A DNA stretch of 64,000 nt from an uncultured Gammaproteobacteria bacterium (GCA_905181885.1 CAJIZI010000001.1:573765-637764), one strand, 5' to 3'. Counted from the first letter of the stretch, positions 1-10,426 are shown. Made by a program: numbers and translations. Notes: generated from the letters alone by a model not told the origin.

Positions 1-1
1 T

Positions 2-508
2 GTACTAGCAACAGAAGTGAGCCCTCATGCTCGACGAGCTATTAAGGAGGCTGATGTGGCCCGTAGAATGATGTATGCAGCTAAAGAAGATAGTAGTTTA
101 CCTCGTGATCTGACCTCAGATTTGTTAGTGACCCATGAGCGGCGACCTTTTCCTGATAATGACCAAGAAATAGAGGCCTTAGCATCAAATATTAAAGACC
201 CTAATTACCGCATCAAAGTCGCGGAGGAAGGTATCTATTTGTTTAATCGTGATGGTTTAATGCGGGAAGTAGACCCCTATGCCTTTTACCCACAGCTGGA
301 TTTAAAAGGTGATCTGGGCCATGCTTTTTATTTGGGCGCGGAGTTGGCAAAAGCTCAAATCGCTTGGCAACTTGGCAAGCGCTATACCCAAGACCAAGAA
401 TTGCAATGGGGTTGTGCAACCATAGTAGAACAAGAAGATCTAACTCAACAGCAAGCAGAAGGTACAACAATGAGAACAGGGAAAAAAAGTGGCCCAGCTA
501 AACAATAA
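2..508 (+). CDS. Dihydropteroate-synthase-like / DUF4346-type protein of the H4MPT-linked C1 cluster, C-terminal part (5' end outside window)
   Basis: The frame is open from nt 2 to the window edge. The tail motif GHAFYLGAELAKAQIAWQLGKRYTQDQ is the type found at the C-terminus of pterin-binding DHPS-like proteins next to DUF447 and mfnB in methylotroph H4MPT clusters. It overlaps the next ORF by 20 nt. Confidence 0.5.
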   Translation, partial: VLATEVSPHARRAIKEADVARRMMYAAKEDSSLPRDLTSDLLVTHERRPFPDNDQEIEALASNIKDPNYRIKVAEEGIYLFNRDGLMREVDPYAFYPQLDLKGDLGHAFYLGAELAKAQIAWQLGKRYTQDQELQWGCATIVEQEDLTQQQAEGTTMRTGKKSGPAKQ

Positions 509-1073
509 AATTGACGAAGTCATTGTGACCACATTGTCTGCAAATGGAGAGGCTCACTCAGCTCCCATGGGAATCACACGAAGCAATGAACAAGTCTTAA
601 TTCAGCCTTTTAAGCCATCGACGACATATGAAAACTTAAAGCGCCATCGACAATGTACGATCAACTATACTGATGATGTACGTGTCTTTGCGGGTGCCCT
701 AACCGGGCGAAGAACATGGTCCACCCTACCCTGTCAACAGATCGAGGGCCAATACCTTAAACAAGCGCTAGCGCATTTAGAGTTGGAACTGGTGATATTT
801 GAGGATAGTGACCCACGAGCTTCTTTCACGGGCACTATTATCAATGAAGTTATGCATGCTCCCTTTCGTGGTTTTAATCGAGCTCAGAATGCTGTGATTG
901 AAGCAGCTGTTTTAACAAGCCGTCTTAGCATGCTACCCGAAGACAAAGTTAAACAAGAAATTAGTTATTTACGCCTCGCCATTGAAAAAACAGCAGGAGA
1001 TCGCGAACGTGAAGCTTGGAGTTGGTTGATAGAGAAAATAGAAGATTACGGGATTGAAGTAGCACATGACTAA
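489..1073 (+). CDS. DUF447-family protein (H4MPT-linked C1-transfer cluster)
   Basis: A 194-aa ORF with a GTG start. The motifs VTTLSANGEAHSAPMGI and NRAQNAVIEAAVLTSR fit DUF447. Short overlaps with both neighbours indicate an operon. Confidence 0.55.
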   Translation: MAQLNNKIDEVIVTTLSANGEAHSAPMGITRSNEQVLIQPFKPSTTYENLKRHRQCTINYTDDVRVFAGALTGRRTWSTLPCQQIEGQYLKQALAHLELELVIFEDSDPRASFTGTIINEVMHAPFRGFNRAQNAVIEAAVLTSRLSMLPEDKVKQEISYLRLAIEKTAGDREREAWSWLIEKIEDYGIEVAHD

Positions 1074-1781
1074 ATGGTTAGCTAGCGTACAGTCGATAGA
1101 AGAGGCGAAAACCCTTATCCCTTCACTGCCTGATATCTTGGATATAAAAAACCCCTTAGAAGGCGCACTGGGTGCATTAGATATCACTACAGTGGCTAGT
1201 ATTGTGGGCTTAGTATCAAAGCAGTGCCAGACAAGTGCGACGATAGGTGACTTGCCGATGAAGGCTGAGTTAATCAATCTTGCCGTTAGAAGCAATGGCA
1301 GCATCGGGAGTGGACTATGTGAAAGTAGGTATTTTCCCTGATCAGGAATTAATAGACTGTATTAGGTCGATGTCAAGCACTATTACCTAAGCTTTCGGTG
1401 CCAGTGATAGCTGTACTTTTTGCCGATAAGATGCCCTCACAAAAAGTGATATATCAACTAAAAGTCAATGGGTTTAAAGGGGTAATGATTGACACAGCGA
1501 TTAAAGATGGCAGGCATTTATTAGAGCATTGGGGTTTATTGCAACTTAATAGCTTTATAGAGGAAGTTACCAGATATGACATGTTATGCGGCCTAGCAGG
1601 GGCATTGCGTTATGAGGATATCGGCGAACTTCAATCTTTAGGTGCTGACTATTTGGGATTCCGAAGTGCTCTTTGTAAAAACCAAGAGCGTACAACCATA
1701 CTGCAAGTTGAGTTGGCGGAACAGATACAGCGGGCAATGTTGAGTAGCGAGGGTGGAAAAAGCTGCCAACTTCATGAGTGA
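1066..1781 (+). pseudogene. mfnB: (5-formylfuran-3-yl)methyl phosphate synthase MfnB (DUF556, methylofuran biosynthesis), reading frame broken twice
   Basis: Three successive frames together give a full-length MfnB pattern: DILDIKNPLEGALGA, SATIGD, AASGVDYVKVGIF, VMIDTAIKDG, LAGAL, GADYLGFRSALC. The +1 breaks lie near nt 1288 and nt 1375. Length is 716 nt, i.e. 3n+2. Confidence 0.75.
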
Positions 1782-2111
1782 GTATCGATATCACATTCAA
1801 TAAAGGTTAAGACTAGAACGTCTAGTAAGTGTGACAAACTGAATTAAGACTTAATACTTGTACAATATTATTTATTTGTATAATATGTTTAAAACGTCGA
1901 AATATGATCAACTCATTTTTTAATAGCATATAAAGCTGCTGTAACCTTGACTTGAATATTAGCAAACTCTGTCACTGATATTAGTCAGAGATAATACATT
2001 TTGCTATTGTTAGCCGTTGCCATATCACTCCCCTACGGAGAAGTGGCTTTCAAAATTTTAAAAGTATGACTAAATTTTAAGGGGGGCTACTCGCTAAGCT
2101 TTAATTAAATA

Positions 2112-2137
2112 TGATTAGCTTAAGTGATTAGCTCAAG
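2112..2137 (+). repeat. Tandem 13-nt direct repeat TGATTAGCT(T/C)AAG x2 upstream of the first GST-like gene
   Basis: Read directly: tgattagcttaag tgattagctcaag, 30 nt upstream of the ATG at 2167. Possible regulator site. Confidence 0.4.
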
Positions 2138-2166
2138 AAATATATTAATGAAGAAGAGGTAAGAAA

Positions 2167-2833
2167 ATGTTTGGGCTTTTTAAAAAGAAAAAGAAAGCAG
2201 AATCAGGCATGAAGCTACGAGGGTTTCCTGGAGACTTAAGTACCGTCAAGTGCTTAGTTATGGCTGCTGAGAAAGAAGTTAAGTTAGAAACAGAGCTGCT
2301 AGATACTCAAGCTGGAGCACAGGACGAAGCAGAATATCGCAGCCTTTCGCCATTCGGCAAGGTTCCTTATTTGCAAGAAGGCGATGCAATTGCCATCGGT
2401 GCAGAAGCAAGCCTAGCTTATTTGGATACTCGCGGTAAAGGCTTTCTGAATCCTAAAAAAGCACAAAACTTTGGGCTCATGAATTATTGGGGCCAAGTGG
2501 CTGAAACAATCACTGCGCCTGTTGAGTCATTAATTAATGCTTCTGCATTCGGTACTGCTGAGGATGGCGATGCTGTTGAGCGAATCGAGAGCTGCGTTAG
2601 ATGCACTAGATGCTGCATTAACAGGTAACAAGAAGCTTATAGTTGGTGAATATAGCTATGCTGATGCCCACTGGACAGCTGTTGCTCATTTCATCGATTT
2701 GGCTGGCAAGCAAAGCCTGATTGATTCGAGAGCCAATGTTAAAGCTTGGCACGACAAAGTAAAAGAGCGTCCTAGCTATGCTAGCCTGCCATCTCTTGAT
2801 GACATTAAACAAAAACAATTAAAAACAGCTTAA
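2167..2833 (+). pseudogene. Glutathione S-transferase-like protein 1, frame interrupted (+1) near nt 2575-2600
   Basis: The N-part has a thioredoxin-like GST fold pattern (MKLRGFPGDLSTVKC...SPFGKVPYLQEGD). The C-part (LDALDAALTGNKKLIVGEYSYADAHW...VKAWHDKVKERPSY) is a GST C-domain in the +1 frame. AAGAGG lies 8 nt before the ATG. Length is 667 nt, i.e. 3n+1. Confidence 0.65.
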
Positions 2834-2857
2834 CTGGCTGATTTGGAGGAAAAAATA

Positions 2858-3641
2858 ATGAGTGATTTATTTCATTTTGGCACTGCTGCAAAACCATTCG
2901 AATCCCAAACGGAGGGTGATGGTGAGATGTCAAAACAACAGTACATAATGCAATTACTTGGTTTCCCTGGTGATCCGGACACCCTAAAAGTAATGTTAAC
3001 GGCAGCCGAAAAAGGTATAAATGCTGAAACCGCTGTTGTTGATATGTCAACTAAACAACAAGATAGTGACGACTATCGTAAAATTTCTCCACTCGGAATT
3101 TTGCCGGCATTAAAAGAAGCAAATTTTGTCGTTCTGGGTGAACACGGTACATGTGTATTTGTAGAAGGAAAAGGACTAGGCACTTTTCTAGCCCCTCGTA
3201 ATGCTGCGGTATTAGCAGAACAAAACTATTGGATAGACATTGGGCGTACAGAAGTACAGCCCCATGTCGAAACACTAATGCAAGAAATTGTTATAGGGCC
3301 AATGGGTGATGCAGGATATTCTGCAGATGATGCTGCAGTCTGCAGCAGCAAGAACAGCGCTATCAGCACCACTAGATGCCTTAAATGAACAAATCACATC
3401 AAAGTTCATCGTTGGTGAATTTTGCTATGTCGACATTCATTTTACATCATACCTACATTTACTATCAGTAATTGGTGAAGCAGAAATGTTGGATTCACGG
3501 CCTAACGTGAAATCATGGTTTGAACGTATCAAAACTCACAAGAGTTACTCAGGCCAAGATATTTTTGCCTATGATATGTTGCCTTCTCTTGAAGATATCA
3601 AGTCAAAAACATTGGGTGACGTTGATTGCGGAGAATTTTAA
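2858..3641 (+). pseudogene. Glutathione S-transferase-like protein 2 (paralog of the preceding gene), frame interrupted (+1) near nt 3335-3360
   Basis: Same architecture as GST-like 1: MQLLGFPGDPDTLKV...SPLGILPALKE, then in the +1 frame LDALNEQITSKFIVGEFCYVDIHF...VKSWFERIKTHKSY. GGAGG lies 7 nt before the ATG at 2858. Length is 3n+1. Confidence 0.65.
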
Positions 3642-3665
3642 GTTAGATATAAGTCATATGATTTT

Positions 3666-3697
3666 AAACTAGGCCGCTTAAAGCGGCCTAGTTTTTT
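3666..3697 (+). terminator. Rho-independent terminator after the GST-like pair
   Basis: Perfect 13-bp stem AAACTAGGCCGCT / AGCGGCCTAGTTT followed by a T6 run. Confidence 0.7.
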
Positions 3698-3843
3698 GCT
3701 AAAATAAAGTCTAAAACTAAAAACATAGCACTCCTCAGTTTTTAAAATTCATCGATGTCTTTCTTTTTCCCACATTAATAATTAGTGACTCCCCCAACAT
3801 TTCGTTCCTGTTAAGGCTTTATTTCTACAGCGACTTCTCTAGT

Positions 3844-5166
3844 TTATTTTTTAAGGATATTGATCCCTTTCAACAAATTAAGGGCCTCAGAGAGTGCGTA
3901 GTCTGTTACAGCTAGAGGGACACTACTTATTTCTTTATCTGTGACTTTCTCAGAAGTATCTGTATCTGTTTTTCCGTTACCATTTGAGATATGCTTTGAT
4001 AGGTCTCGCTCACTTAAAGGCTTAAAGCCAGTATTATTAATGGCAGTAATCTTCACACGCTCAATTGTAATATCAGGAACAATGCCTTCAGCCTGTATAG
4101 AGCGCCCCGATGGGGTAAAGTAGCGTGCTGTGGTCATCTTAACGGCAGTTTTATCGGTTAAAGGCATGACTGTCTGGACGGAGCCTTTACCAAAAGTTTT
4201 AGTCCCTAAAATTACTGCACGGTGATGATCTTGTAGGGCTCCAGCTACAATTTCTGAAGCAGAAGCAGATCCGCCGTTAACCAAAACGACTAAAGGCGCA
4301 CCTTCTAGGAGGTCTCGAGGCTTTGCGTTAAATTCTTGCTTAGAGTCAGGAATTCTTCCATCGGTATAGACAATCAAACCTTTTGTTATAAAGGCATCTG
4401 AGACATCCACAGCAGCATTTAATAAGCCGCCAGGATTATTACGCAAATCAAGTACTAAACCACTTAATTTATCATTATTGTCTTTCTTTAACTGTTCAAT
4501 TGCTTTGTTTAAGCCTTCGCTAGTACGTTGCTGGAAAGTGCTAATTCTTACATAGCCATAACCAGGCTCAAGAGTCTTATGTTTAACACTTTTTACTTTG
4601 ATGATGGCACGAGTTAAGGTGATATTTAGCGGCTTGTCCTCACCTTCGCGGAGGATCGTTATTAATAGATCTGTGCCAGGCTTACCACGCATCATATCCA
4701 CAGCTTCACGCAACGCCATGCCTTTGACCGGTTTTTTGTCGAGACGGATAATTAAGTCTCCTGCTAATACGCCAGCTTCAGCTGCAGGGGTATCATCGAT
4801 AGGAGATACGACACGCACAAAGCCATCTTCCAGTGTGACTTCAATGCCTAGGCCCCCAAATTCACCTGAAGTACCTTCACGGAGGTTTTTAAAATCTTCT
4901 AAATCGAGATAAGTTGAGTGGGGGTCGAGTCCTGATAGCATACCGCGGATAGCATTTTGTAATAACTCTTTATCTTCAACAGGCTCAACGTAATTATTTT
5001 TAATGCGGCCAAATATCTCAGAAAAAGTGCGAAGCTCATTAAGTGGGATATCAGGTTTGGCGCTAGCTGGTGGTTTTTCGGCAAGAACCATTTGGCCAAA
5101 TATTAATGTTGAACCAAGGATAGCTCCGGCCGAAATCAAACCAATATCTCGTCTTAAAAAACTCAT
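3844..5166 (-). CDS. ctpA: Carboxy-terminal processing (S41, tail-specific) protease
   Basis: 440 aa with a signal/TM N-terminus, a PDZ-type segment (GGLGIEV...VVSPIDDTPAAEAGVLAGDLII) and an S41 core (LDLRNNPGG, GSASASEI, TFGKGSVQ). Lies downstream of envC as in many gammaproteobacteria. Confidence 0.85.
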   Translation of the reverse strand: MSFLRRDIGLISAGAILGSTLIFGQMVLAEKPPASAKPDIPLNELRTFSEIFGRIKNNYVEPVEDKELLQNAIRGMLSGLDPHSTYLDLEDFKNLREGTSGEFGGLGIEVTLEDGFVRVVSPIDDTPAAEAGVLAGDLIIRLDKKPVKGMALREAVDMMRGKPGTDLLITILREGEDKPLNITLTRAIIKVKSVKHKTLEPGYGYVRISTFQQRTSEGLNKAIEQLKKDNNDKLSGLVLDLRNNPGGLLNAAVDVSDAFITKGLIVYTDGRIPDSKQEFNAKPRDLLEGAPLVVLVNGGSASASEIVAGALQDHHRAVILGTKTFGKGSVQTVMPLTDKTAVKMTTARYFTPSGRSIQAEGIVPDITIERVKITAINNTGFKPLSERDLSKHISNGNGKTDTDTSEKVTDKEISSVPLAVTDYALSEALNLLKGINILKK

Positions 5167-6316
5167 AACTTTTTCCTAGAATAATTATTAACGTTTTTAC
5201 TTAACCATTTTACTGGGTCTGTAGGGTTACCTTGATGTCTAAGCTCAAAGTATAGCCCAGTGTATTGTCTTATACCCTGCTCACCACTCAGCGCGATTAC
5301 GTCACCGGTCGTTACCGAATCACCAGCATTCTTTAGTAGACTCTGATTATTGCCATATAGCGTCATATATTGATCGCCATGATCAATAATCAATAATAAT
5401 CCAAAGCCTCTTAACCAGTCGGAGAATACCACACGACCTGGTGCAGTGGAGATAATTTCTTCACCTAGAGGTGCATTAATCATCATGCCTTGCCATGTCA
5501 GTTTGCCAAGATTTCTGGAACTTCCATAGCGAGCTATGACTTTTCCTTGAATAGGCCATGCCAGTGTACTTTTCCTCTCAGAAAATGGGAGGTCTAAAAT
5601 AAGTGGTTTAGATTTTATTGATAGAGATTGGAGTAAAGATTTTAAAGCACGCTCCTGTTCTTGTAATGTAGTGACTCGAACACCTTGTTTTTCCATCTTG
5701 CGATCCAATTGCTTGGCAGTCAGAATCGTTGTTTCCGTTCTTTTTTTAACAGTTGTTGTTGGAGTTGCTGTTCTTGATAAAGCGCTTGATGCTGTTGCTG
5801 GGCAATAAGTAGTATTTGTCTGTTATGAGTAAGTGTTTTTAGACTGGCGCTGATCTCAATTAACTGCTCTTGGCGAGCATGATGAAAATAGGCGTAGTAA
5901 GCGCTAGTTCGACTCAAGCTAGATGGCTCGTGCTGGCTTAGTAAGACTTTTAAATAATTGGGGCTGGTATTTAAGTAAGCGGACCGTAGCTGTTTTGCAA
6001 GAGCATCTAATTGCTTGGCATGTGATTGACGGTATTTCTGTTTATCTTTCTCTAACTTATCGAGTTCATCATTTTTTATTTTAAGTTTACGAGTCGAGTC
6101 TAGTAATGAGCGATTAAGTGTTGAAATGACTTTGCTTTGTTTTTCAAGCTGATCGTGCAAATCGGCCCTAGATTTTTTAGTTTCATCTAGTGATTTAGTC
6201 AAAGACTTTATTTCAGCTTGCACGTTTTCTAAACGCTGGACAGAGTCAGTTTCAGCCCTCACATTTGCTGAGAAGACTAATAAAAAGAAAAAACAATAAA
6301 AAGTGCGTATTTTCAT
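5163..6316 (-). pseudogene. envC: Murein hydrolase activator EnvC (coiled-coil + M23/LytM domain), frame broken at an A7 run
   Basis: The N-part has a signal peptide and a Q/L/K-rich coiled coil. The C-part has an M23 domain (IIDHGDQYMTLYGNN...LYFELRHQGNPTDP). The two frames meet at the plus-strand T7 run 5741-5747. Length is 3n+2 (one base short). The gpmI-envC-ctpA order supports the call. Confidence 0.75.
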
Positions 6317-6338
6317 TCTTGAGCTTGATAAAAATGGT

Positions 6339-7883
6339 TCATTTAAGTTTAACTAGAAGGTGCTTACCCATTTCATCAGGGATGGGTAAACCCATTAATG
6401 ACAATAATGTAGGTGCAATATCAGACAAGCTACCCTTCTCAGCACATATTGCATCACGGCCAGCATAAATAAATGGTACCGGATTATGTGTATGGGCGGT
6501 ATGAGACTGCCCCGTGGCAGGGTCTGACATTTGTTCTGCATTGCCATGGTCTGCTGTTACAATCATTTCTCCCCCAACCTGTTTCAGCGCATCCCATATT
6601 TCACCTAAAGCACTATCTAATGCTTCGACGGCCTCAACGGCAGCATCAAACTGGCCGCTGTGGCCCACCATATCTGCATTAGCAAAGTTACAAACAATCG
6701 CATCGTAAGTTTTACTTTTAATAGCCTCAACCAATTTTTCAGTAACTTCAGCCGCTGCCATAGCAGGTTGTAAATCATAAGTTTCAACTTGGGGAGAAGG
6801 TATTAAAATTCGGTCTTCGCCTTCGAAAGGAAGGTCTCGGCCTCCATTAAAGAAGAATGTGACATGGGCGTATTTTTCTGTTTCAGCAATGCGTAATTGA
6901 CGAAGGCCTTGAGTGGAGAGGTAAGCTCCAAAAACATTATTTAATGACGATGAGGGAAAAGCAATTGGGTTAGTAAAGTCTTGTTTATATTCAGTTAGCG
7001 TCACAACTGAAGCAAGTTTAACGGGACGTGGGCGCTTAAAGGAATTAAAGCTTGGGTCAGTTAAGCTCAATGTCAATTCTCGAGCCCGATCAGATCTAAA
7101 GTTCATAAAAATAACTACGTCATCATCCTGCATCACGACGGGGTTGGCTTGTTCAGGGCAGATAGTCGTGGCCTTAACAAATTCGTCGCTTTCGTCACGT
7201 TGGTATGCCATGGCTAAGGCTGTTGTGGCATTAGTGGCATGATATTCTCCTTCTCCTTCTGACAGTAGTCGATAAGCTTTTTCAACTCGCGGCCAGCGTT
7301 CATCCCGGTCCATGGCATAAAAGCGGCCGATTAAAGAGGCAAATTGGCCTTTGCCTTGTTTTTTAAAAGTTTCTTCCATAGCATCAATAGAAGTTTGTGC
7401 ACTCCTAGGCGGAGTGTCGCGACCATCGAGGAATGCATGTACATATATCCGGTCAACTCCTCTGTCAGCAGCCATTTCAACCATTGCCTGAAGATGTGAT
7501 TCGTGGCTGTGGACGCCACCCGGAGACAACAAGCCAAGAATATGTATTGCTTTGCCTTGTTGTTTAGCGTTATCAACCGCAGATACTAGAGTGTCATTAT
7601 GAAAGAACGCGCGATCACGAATAGCGAGGTTTACGCGGGTAAAGTCTTGATACACGACACGGCCTGCCCCAATATTCAGATGGCCTACTTCAGAATTACC
7701 CATTTGATTGTCAGGGAGGCCAACACCCTCTCCGGAAGCGCTGATTAAGGTATGTGGATACTTCTGCCATAACTGATCCCAATGAGGGGTCTTAGCAGCA
7801 TGAATAGCATTATGTTCTGGTGTTTCACTATAGCCCCAGCCATCTAAAATGATGAGTGCTACCGGCCGATGAGGCTGTGTCAT
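6339..7883 (-). CDS. gpmI: 2,3-bisphosphoglycerate-independent phosphoglycerate mutase
   Basis: 514 aa. Hallmarks: [42 protein letters not shown]. Confidence 0.95.
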   Translation of the reverse strand: MTQPHRPVALIILDGWGYSETPEHNAIHAAKTPHWDQLWQKYPHTLISASGEGVGLPDNQMGNSEVGHLNIGAGRVVYQDFTRVNLAIRDRAFFHNDTLVSAVDNAKQQGKAIHILGLLSPGGVHSHESHLQAMVEMAADRGVDRIYVHAFLDGRDTPPRSAQTSIDAMEETFKKQGKGQFASLIGRFYAMDRDERWPRVEKAYRLLSEGEGEYHATNATTALAMAYQRDESDEFVKATTICPEQANPVVMQDDDVVIFMNFRSDRARELTLSLTDPSFNSFKRPRPVKLASVVTLTEYKQDFTNPIAFPSSSLNNVFGAYLSTQGLRQLRIAETEKYAHVTFFFNGGRDLPFEGEDRILIPSPQVETYDLQPAMAAAEVTEKLVEAIKSKTYDAIVCNFANADMVGHSGQFDAAVEAVEALDSALGEIWDALKQVGGEMIVTADHGNAEQMSDPATGQSHTAHTHNPVPFIYAGRDAICAEKGSLSDIAPTLLSLMGLPIPDEMGKHLLVKLK

Positions 7884-8177
7884 AAAAGGTATCCTTAAAT
7901 AATGATAGGCGTTTACTTAAAGGTGTCGAGTTTAAATAACGTCGTTTTATTCGTCATATCTTGCGAATACATGCAAATGATGGATGATGCCGTGTATTAT
8001 AGTGGCTTTTGTAAGGAAGAACAGGTTCTTACACAAGCAGAATGTGGTTTTATGCTGGCATTAAGAGTGTATTCGTGGAATCGAAAGCACAATTTTATAA
8101 GCATAAAACATTGCTAGTTAAATTCAAAGAACTGTTACGCCTAGTAGTCATGAGCACATTTAATTTATAGGTTAAGT

Positions 8178-8597
8178 ATGGAAAATTTTGGTGAGTTTGT
8201 CGTCAATCATTGGGTGCTATGGACACTCTTCTTTGGTTTGTTAGCATTAATTGTAGGTAGCACGATAAGTGCCGGCCTTGGCGGTGGTATAACGGTTAAT
8301 ACAACAGAAGCGATACAAATTGTAAACCACAAAAAAGGTTTTTTTATCGACATAAGAACAAAAGTGGCGTTTGAAAAAGAGCATATTGCGGACTCTTTAA
8401 ATATGCCCTTATCGACATTTACTGATGGCAGTGCCACTTTGAAAGACAAGTCAAAACCAGCGATTATCGTACCGATAATGGGGCAGGGATCGACAGCCGT
8501 TGTCAAACATTTACAGGCTCTTGGCGTGTCAGACATTTATATTCTAAAAGGTGGCTTAAATACATGGAAAGAAGCCAAGCTACCCCTCTTTAGCTAA
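8178..8597 (+). CDS. Rhodanese-domain membrane protein (YibN-like)
   Basis: An N-terminal TM helix followed by a rhodanese fold. Position ahead of grxC-secB-gpsA mirrors E. coli yibN. No obvious active-site Cys in the loop (VPIMGQGS). Confidence 0.7.
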   Translation: MENFGEFVVNHWVLWTLFFGLLALIVGSTISAGLGGGITVNTTEAIQIVNHKKGFFIDIRTKVAFEKEHIADSLNMPLSTFTDGSATLKDKSKPAIIVPIMGQGSTAVVKHLQALGVSDIYILKGGLNTWKEAKLPLFS

Positions 8598-8625
8598 TTT
8601 ATTTTTTAATCAGGTAGATATTCAA

Positions 8626-8883
8626 ATGGCAAAAGTTGAAGTTTATTCCACAGGACAGTGCCCATATTGCGTCATGGCTAAGAAGCTTCTAGAGCGAAAA
8701 GGTGTGAGTTATACCGAGATCAGGGTTGATTCAGATCCAGCTAAGCGACAAGAAATGATGCAAAAGAGTCGCCAGCGCACTGTCCCGCAGATCTTCATAA
8801 ATGGTGAAGCTATTGGCGGATATACTGACTTATTGGCATTGGAACGGGCAAAAAAATTAGATGGCCGTTTGGCTGAATCTTAA
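8626..8883 (+). CDS. grxC: Glutaredoxin 3
   Basis: 85 aa with a CPYC active site and the TVPQIFI...IGGYTDL motif. Confidence 0.9.
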   Translation: MAKVEVYSTGQCPYCVMAKKLLERKGVSYTEIRVDSDPAKRQEMMQKSRQRTVPQIFINGEAIGGYTDLLALERAKKLDGRLAES

Positions 8884-8908
8884 GACTTTAAACTGAAGGA
8901 AATATATT

Positions 8909-9385
8909 ATGGCTGAAGAAAAAGCAGCTGCAGAAAAACAGCAACCACAATTCATGATTCAAAAAATCTACACTAAGGATATTTCATTCGAAACACCAAG
9001 TTCTCCCGAAGTGTTTCGCGAAGAGTGGAAGCCTGAACTAGATCTGCAGCTGACTAATGAATATAAGCAGCTCGACGATAACAACCACGATGTAACGTTA
9101 GTTGCTACGGTCACTGCTAAGTTAGGAGATAAGACAGCTTTTTTAATTGAAGTAAAACAATCTGGGATCTTCTCTTTGATAGGTTACAGTAATGAAGAAA
9201 TAGCTCCTTTGATTGGTAACCATTGTCCAACTATTTTATTTCCATATATACGTGAAGTTATTTCAGACATTGTTTTGAAGGGAGGCTTTCCACAATTGGT
9301 ATTAGCCCCTGTAAATTTTGATGCTTTATATATGAATCAAGTTGAGCAGGCCAAACAGGCAGCTGCCAAAGAAAGTACGCATTAG
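8909..9385 (+). CDS. secB: Protein-export chaperone SecB
   Basis: 158 aa. F.IQKIYTKDISFE start, NCPTILFPYIRE motif, grxC-secB-gpsA synteny. Confidence 0.92.
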   Translation: MAEEKAAAEKQQPQFMIQKIYTKDISFETPSSPEVFREEWKPELDLQLTNEYKQLDDNNHDVTLVATVTAKLGDKTAFLIEVKQSGIFSLIGYSNEEIAPLIGNHCPTILFPYIREVISDIVLKGGFPQLVLAPVNFDALYMNQVEQAKQAAAKESTH

Positions 9386-9402
9386 GCGATAAGGCCAAGA
9401 TA

Positions 9403-10419
9403 ATGACAAGTTCAGTACTGACTCCAACAACAGTTATTGGTGCAGGTGCCTGGGGATCAGCCCTGGCAATTGCAATAGCACGAAATGGCCATGAAGTTTT
9501 ATTGTGGGGCCGTGATGCAGAGCATGTGGCTGCAATGCAGCAGGGCCATAGTAATGAGCGTTATTTACCTAAGGTTTCTTTTCCGGTGTCATTAGAAGTG
9601 GTTAAAAGCTTAGAGCAAGCAGTTAGTCAGGCAAAACATGTCCTTATATCGGTGCCTAGTGCTGCCTTTGCTGATATGTTGTATTTGATGAAACCATTCT
9701 TACCCAGTGGAGTACCTGTTAGTTGGGCTACTAAGGGTTTCACGCCCGAAACGGGCCGTTTTCTCTATGATACTGCAGCAGATATCTTGGGAGATGAGCA
9801 TCCGTTAGCAATTATTTCTGGTCCCTCATTTGCTATGGAAGTAGCTAAAGACCTACCAACAGCAATCACAGTAGCATCGAAAGATACTGGGTTCTTTCAG
9901 GACTTAGCTAAGGCTATGCACCGGCCTACTTTGAGAATATATACAACGACTGATATTCAAGGCGTGCAGGTAGGCGGCGCGGTGAAAAATATATTGGCGA
10001 TCGGTGCTGGTATTTCCGATGGGTTGGGGTATGGCGCTAATGCTCGAGCTGCTTTGATTACGCGTGGTATGAGTGAAACACTCCGCCTAGCACTTAGTCT
10101 AGGGGCAGAAACAGAAACGATGATTGGGTTATCTGGCATTGGTGATTTAATTCTTACCTGCACTGATGATCAAAGTCGTAATCGTCAGCTTGGCTTAGCA
10201 ATTGGCCGAGGAATGACTGTGGAACAAGCGGTTATAGAAGTGGGTAAAACAGTCGAAGGTGTGCATGCAGCGCGTGAAGTATTAATAAGAGCTAAGCAAG
10301 CAGGTATCGAAATGCCTATCGTGGAACAGGTATATAAAGTTTTATTTGAAAATGCTGTTCCCCGACAAGCTGTACAGGCATTACTTTGTCGTGAACAAAA
10401 AGCAGAAATAGAGCACTAA
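9403..10419 (+). CDS. gpsA: NAD(P)H-dependent glycerol-3-phosphate dehydrogenase
   Basis: 338 aa. GAGAWGSALA Rossmann motif, GAVKNILAIGAG, VEGV motifs. Confidence 0.93.
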   Translation: MTSSVLTPTTVIGAGAWGSALAIAIARNGHEVLLWGRDAEHVAAMQQGHSNERYLPKVSFPVSLEVVKSLEQAVSQAKHVLISVPSAAFADMLYLMKPFLPSGVPVSWATKGFTPETGRFLYDTAADILGDEHPLAIISGPSFAMEVAKDLPTAITVASKDTGFFQDLAKAMHRPTLRIYTTTDIQGVQVGGAVKNILAIGAGISDGLGYGANARAALITRGMSETLRLALSLGAETETMIGLSGIGDLILTCTDDQSRNRQLGLAIGRGMTVEQAVIEVGKTVEGVHAAREVLIRAKQAGIEMPIVEQVYKVLFENAVPRQAVQALLCREQKAEIEH

Positions 10420-10426
10420 TAATAGC

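Noticed and set aside
7902-8117. A 71-aa ORF in the gpmI / rhodanese divergent intergenic region.
   Set aside because: It has no SD, no recognisable motif and odd composition. The region is more likely promoter space for the two divergent operons.
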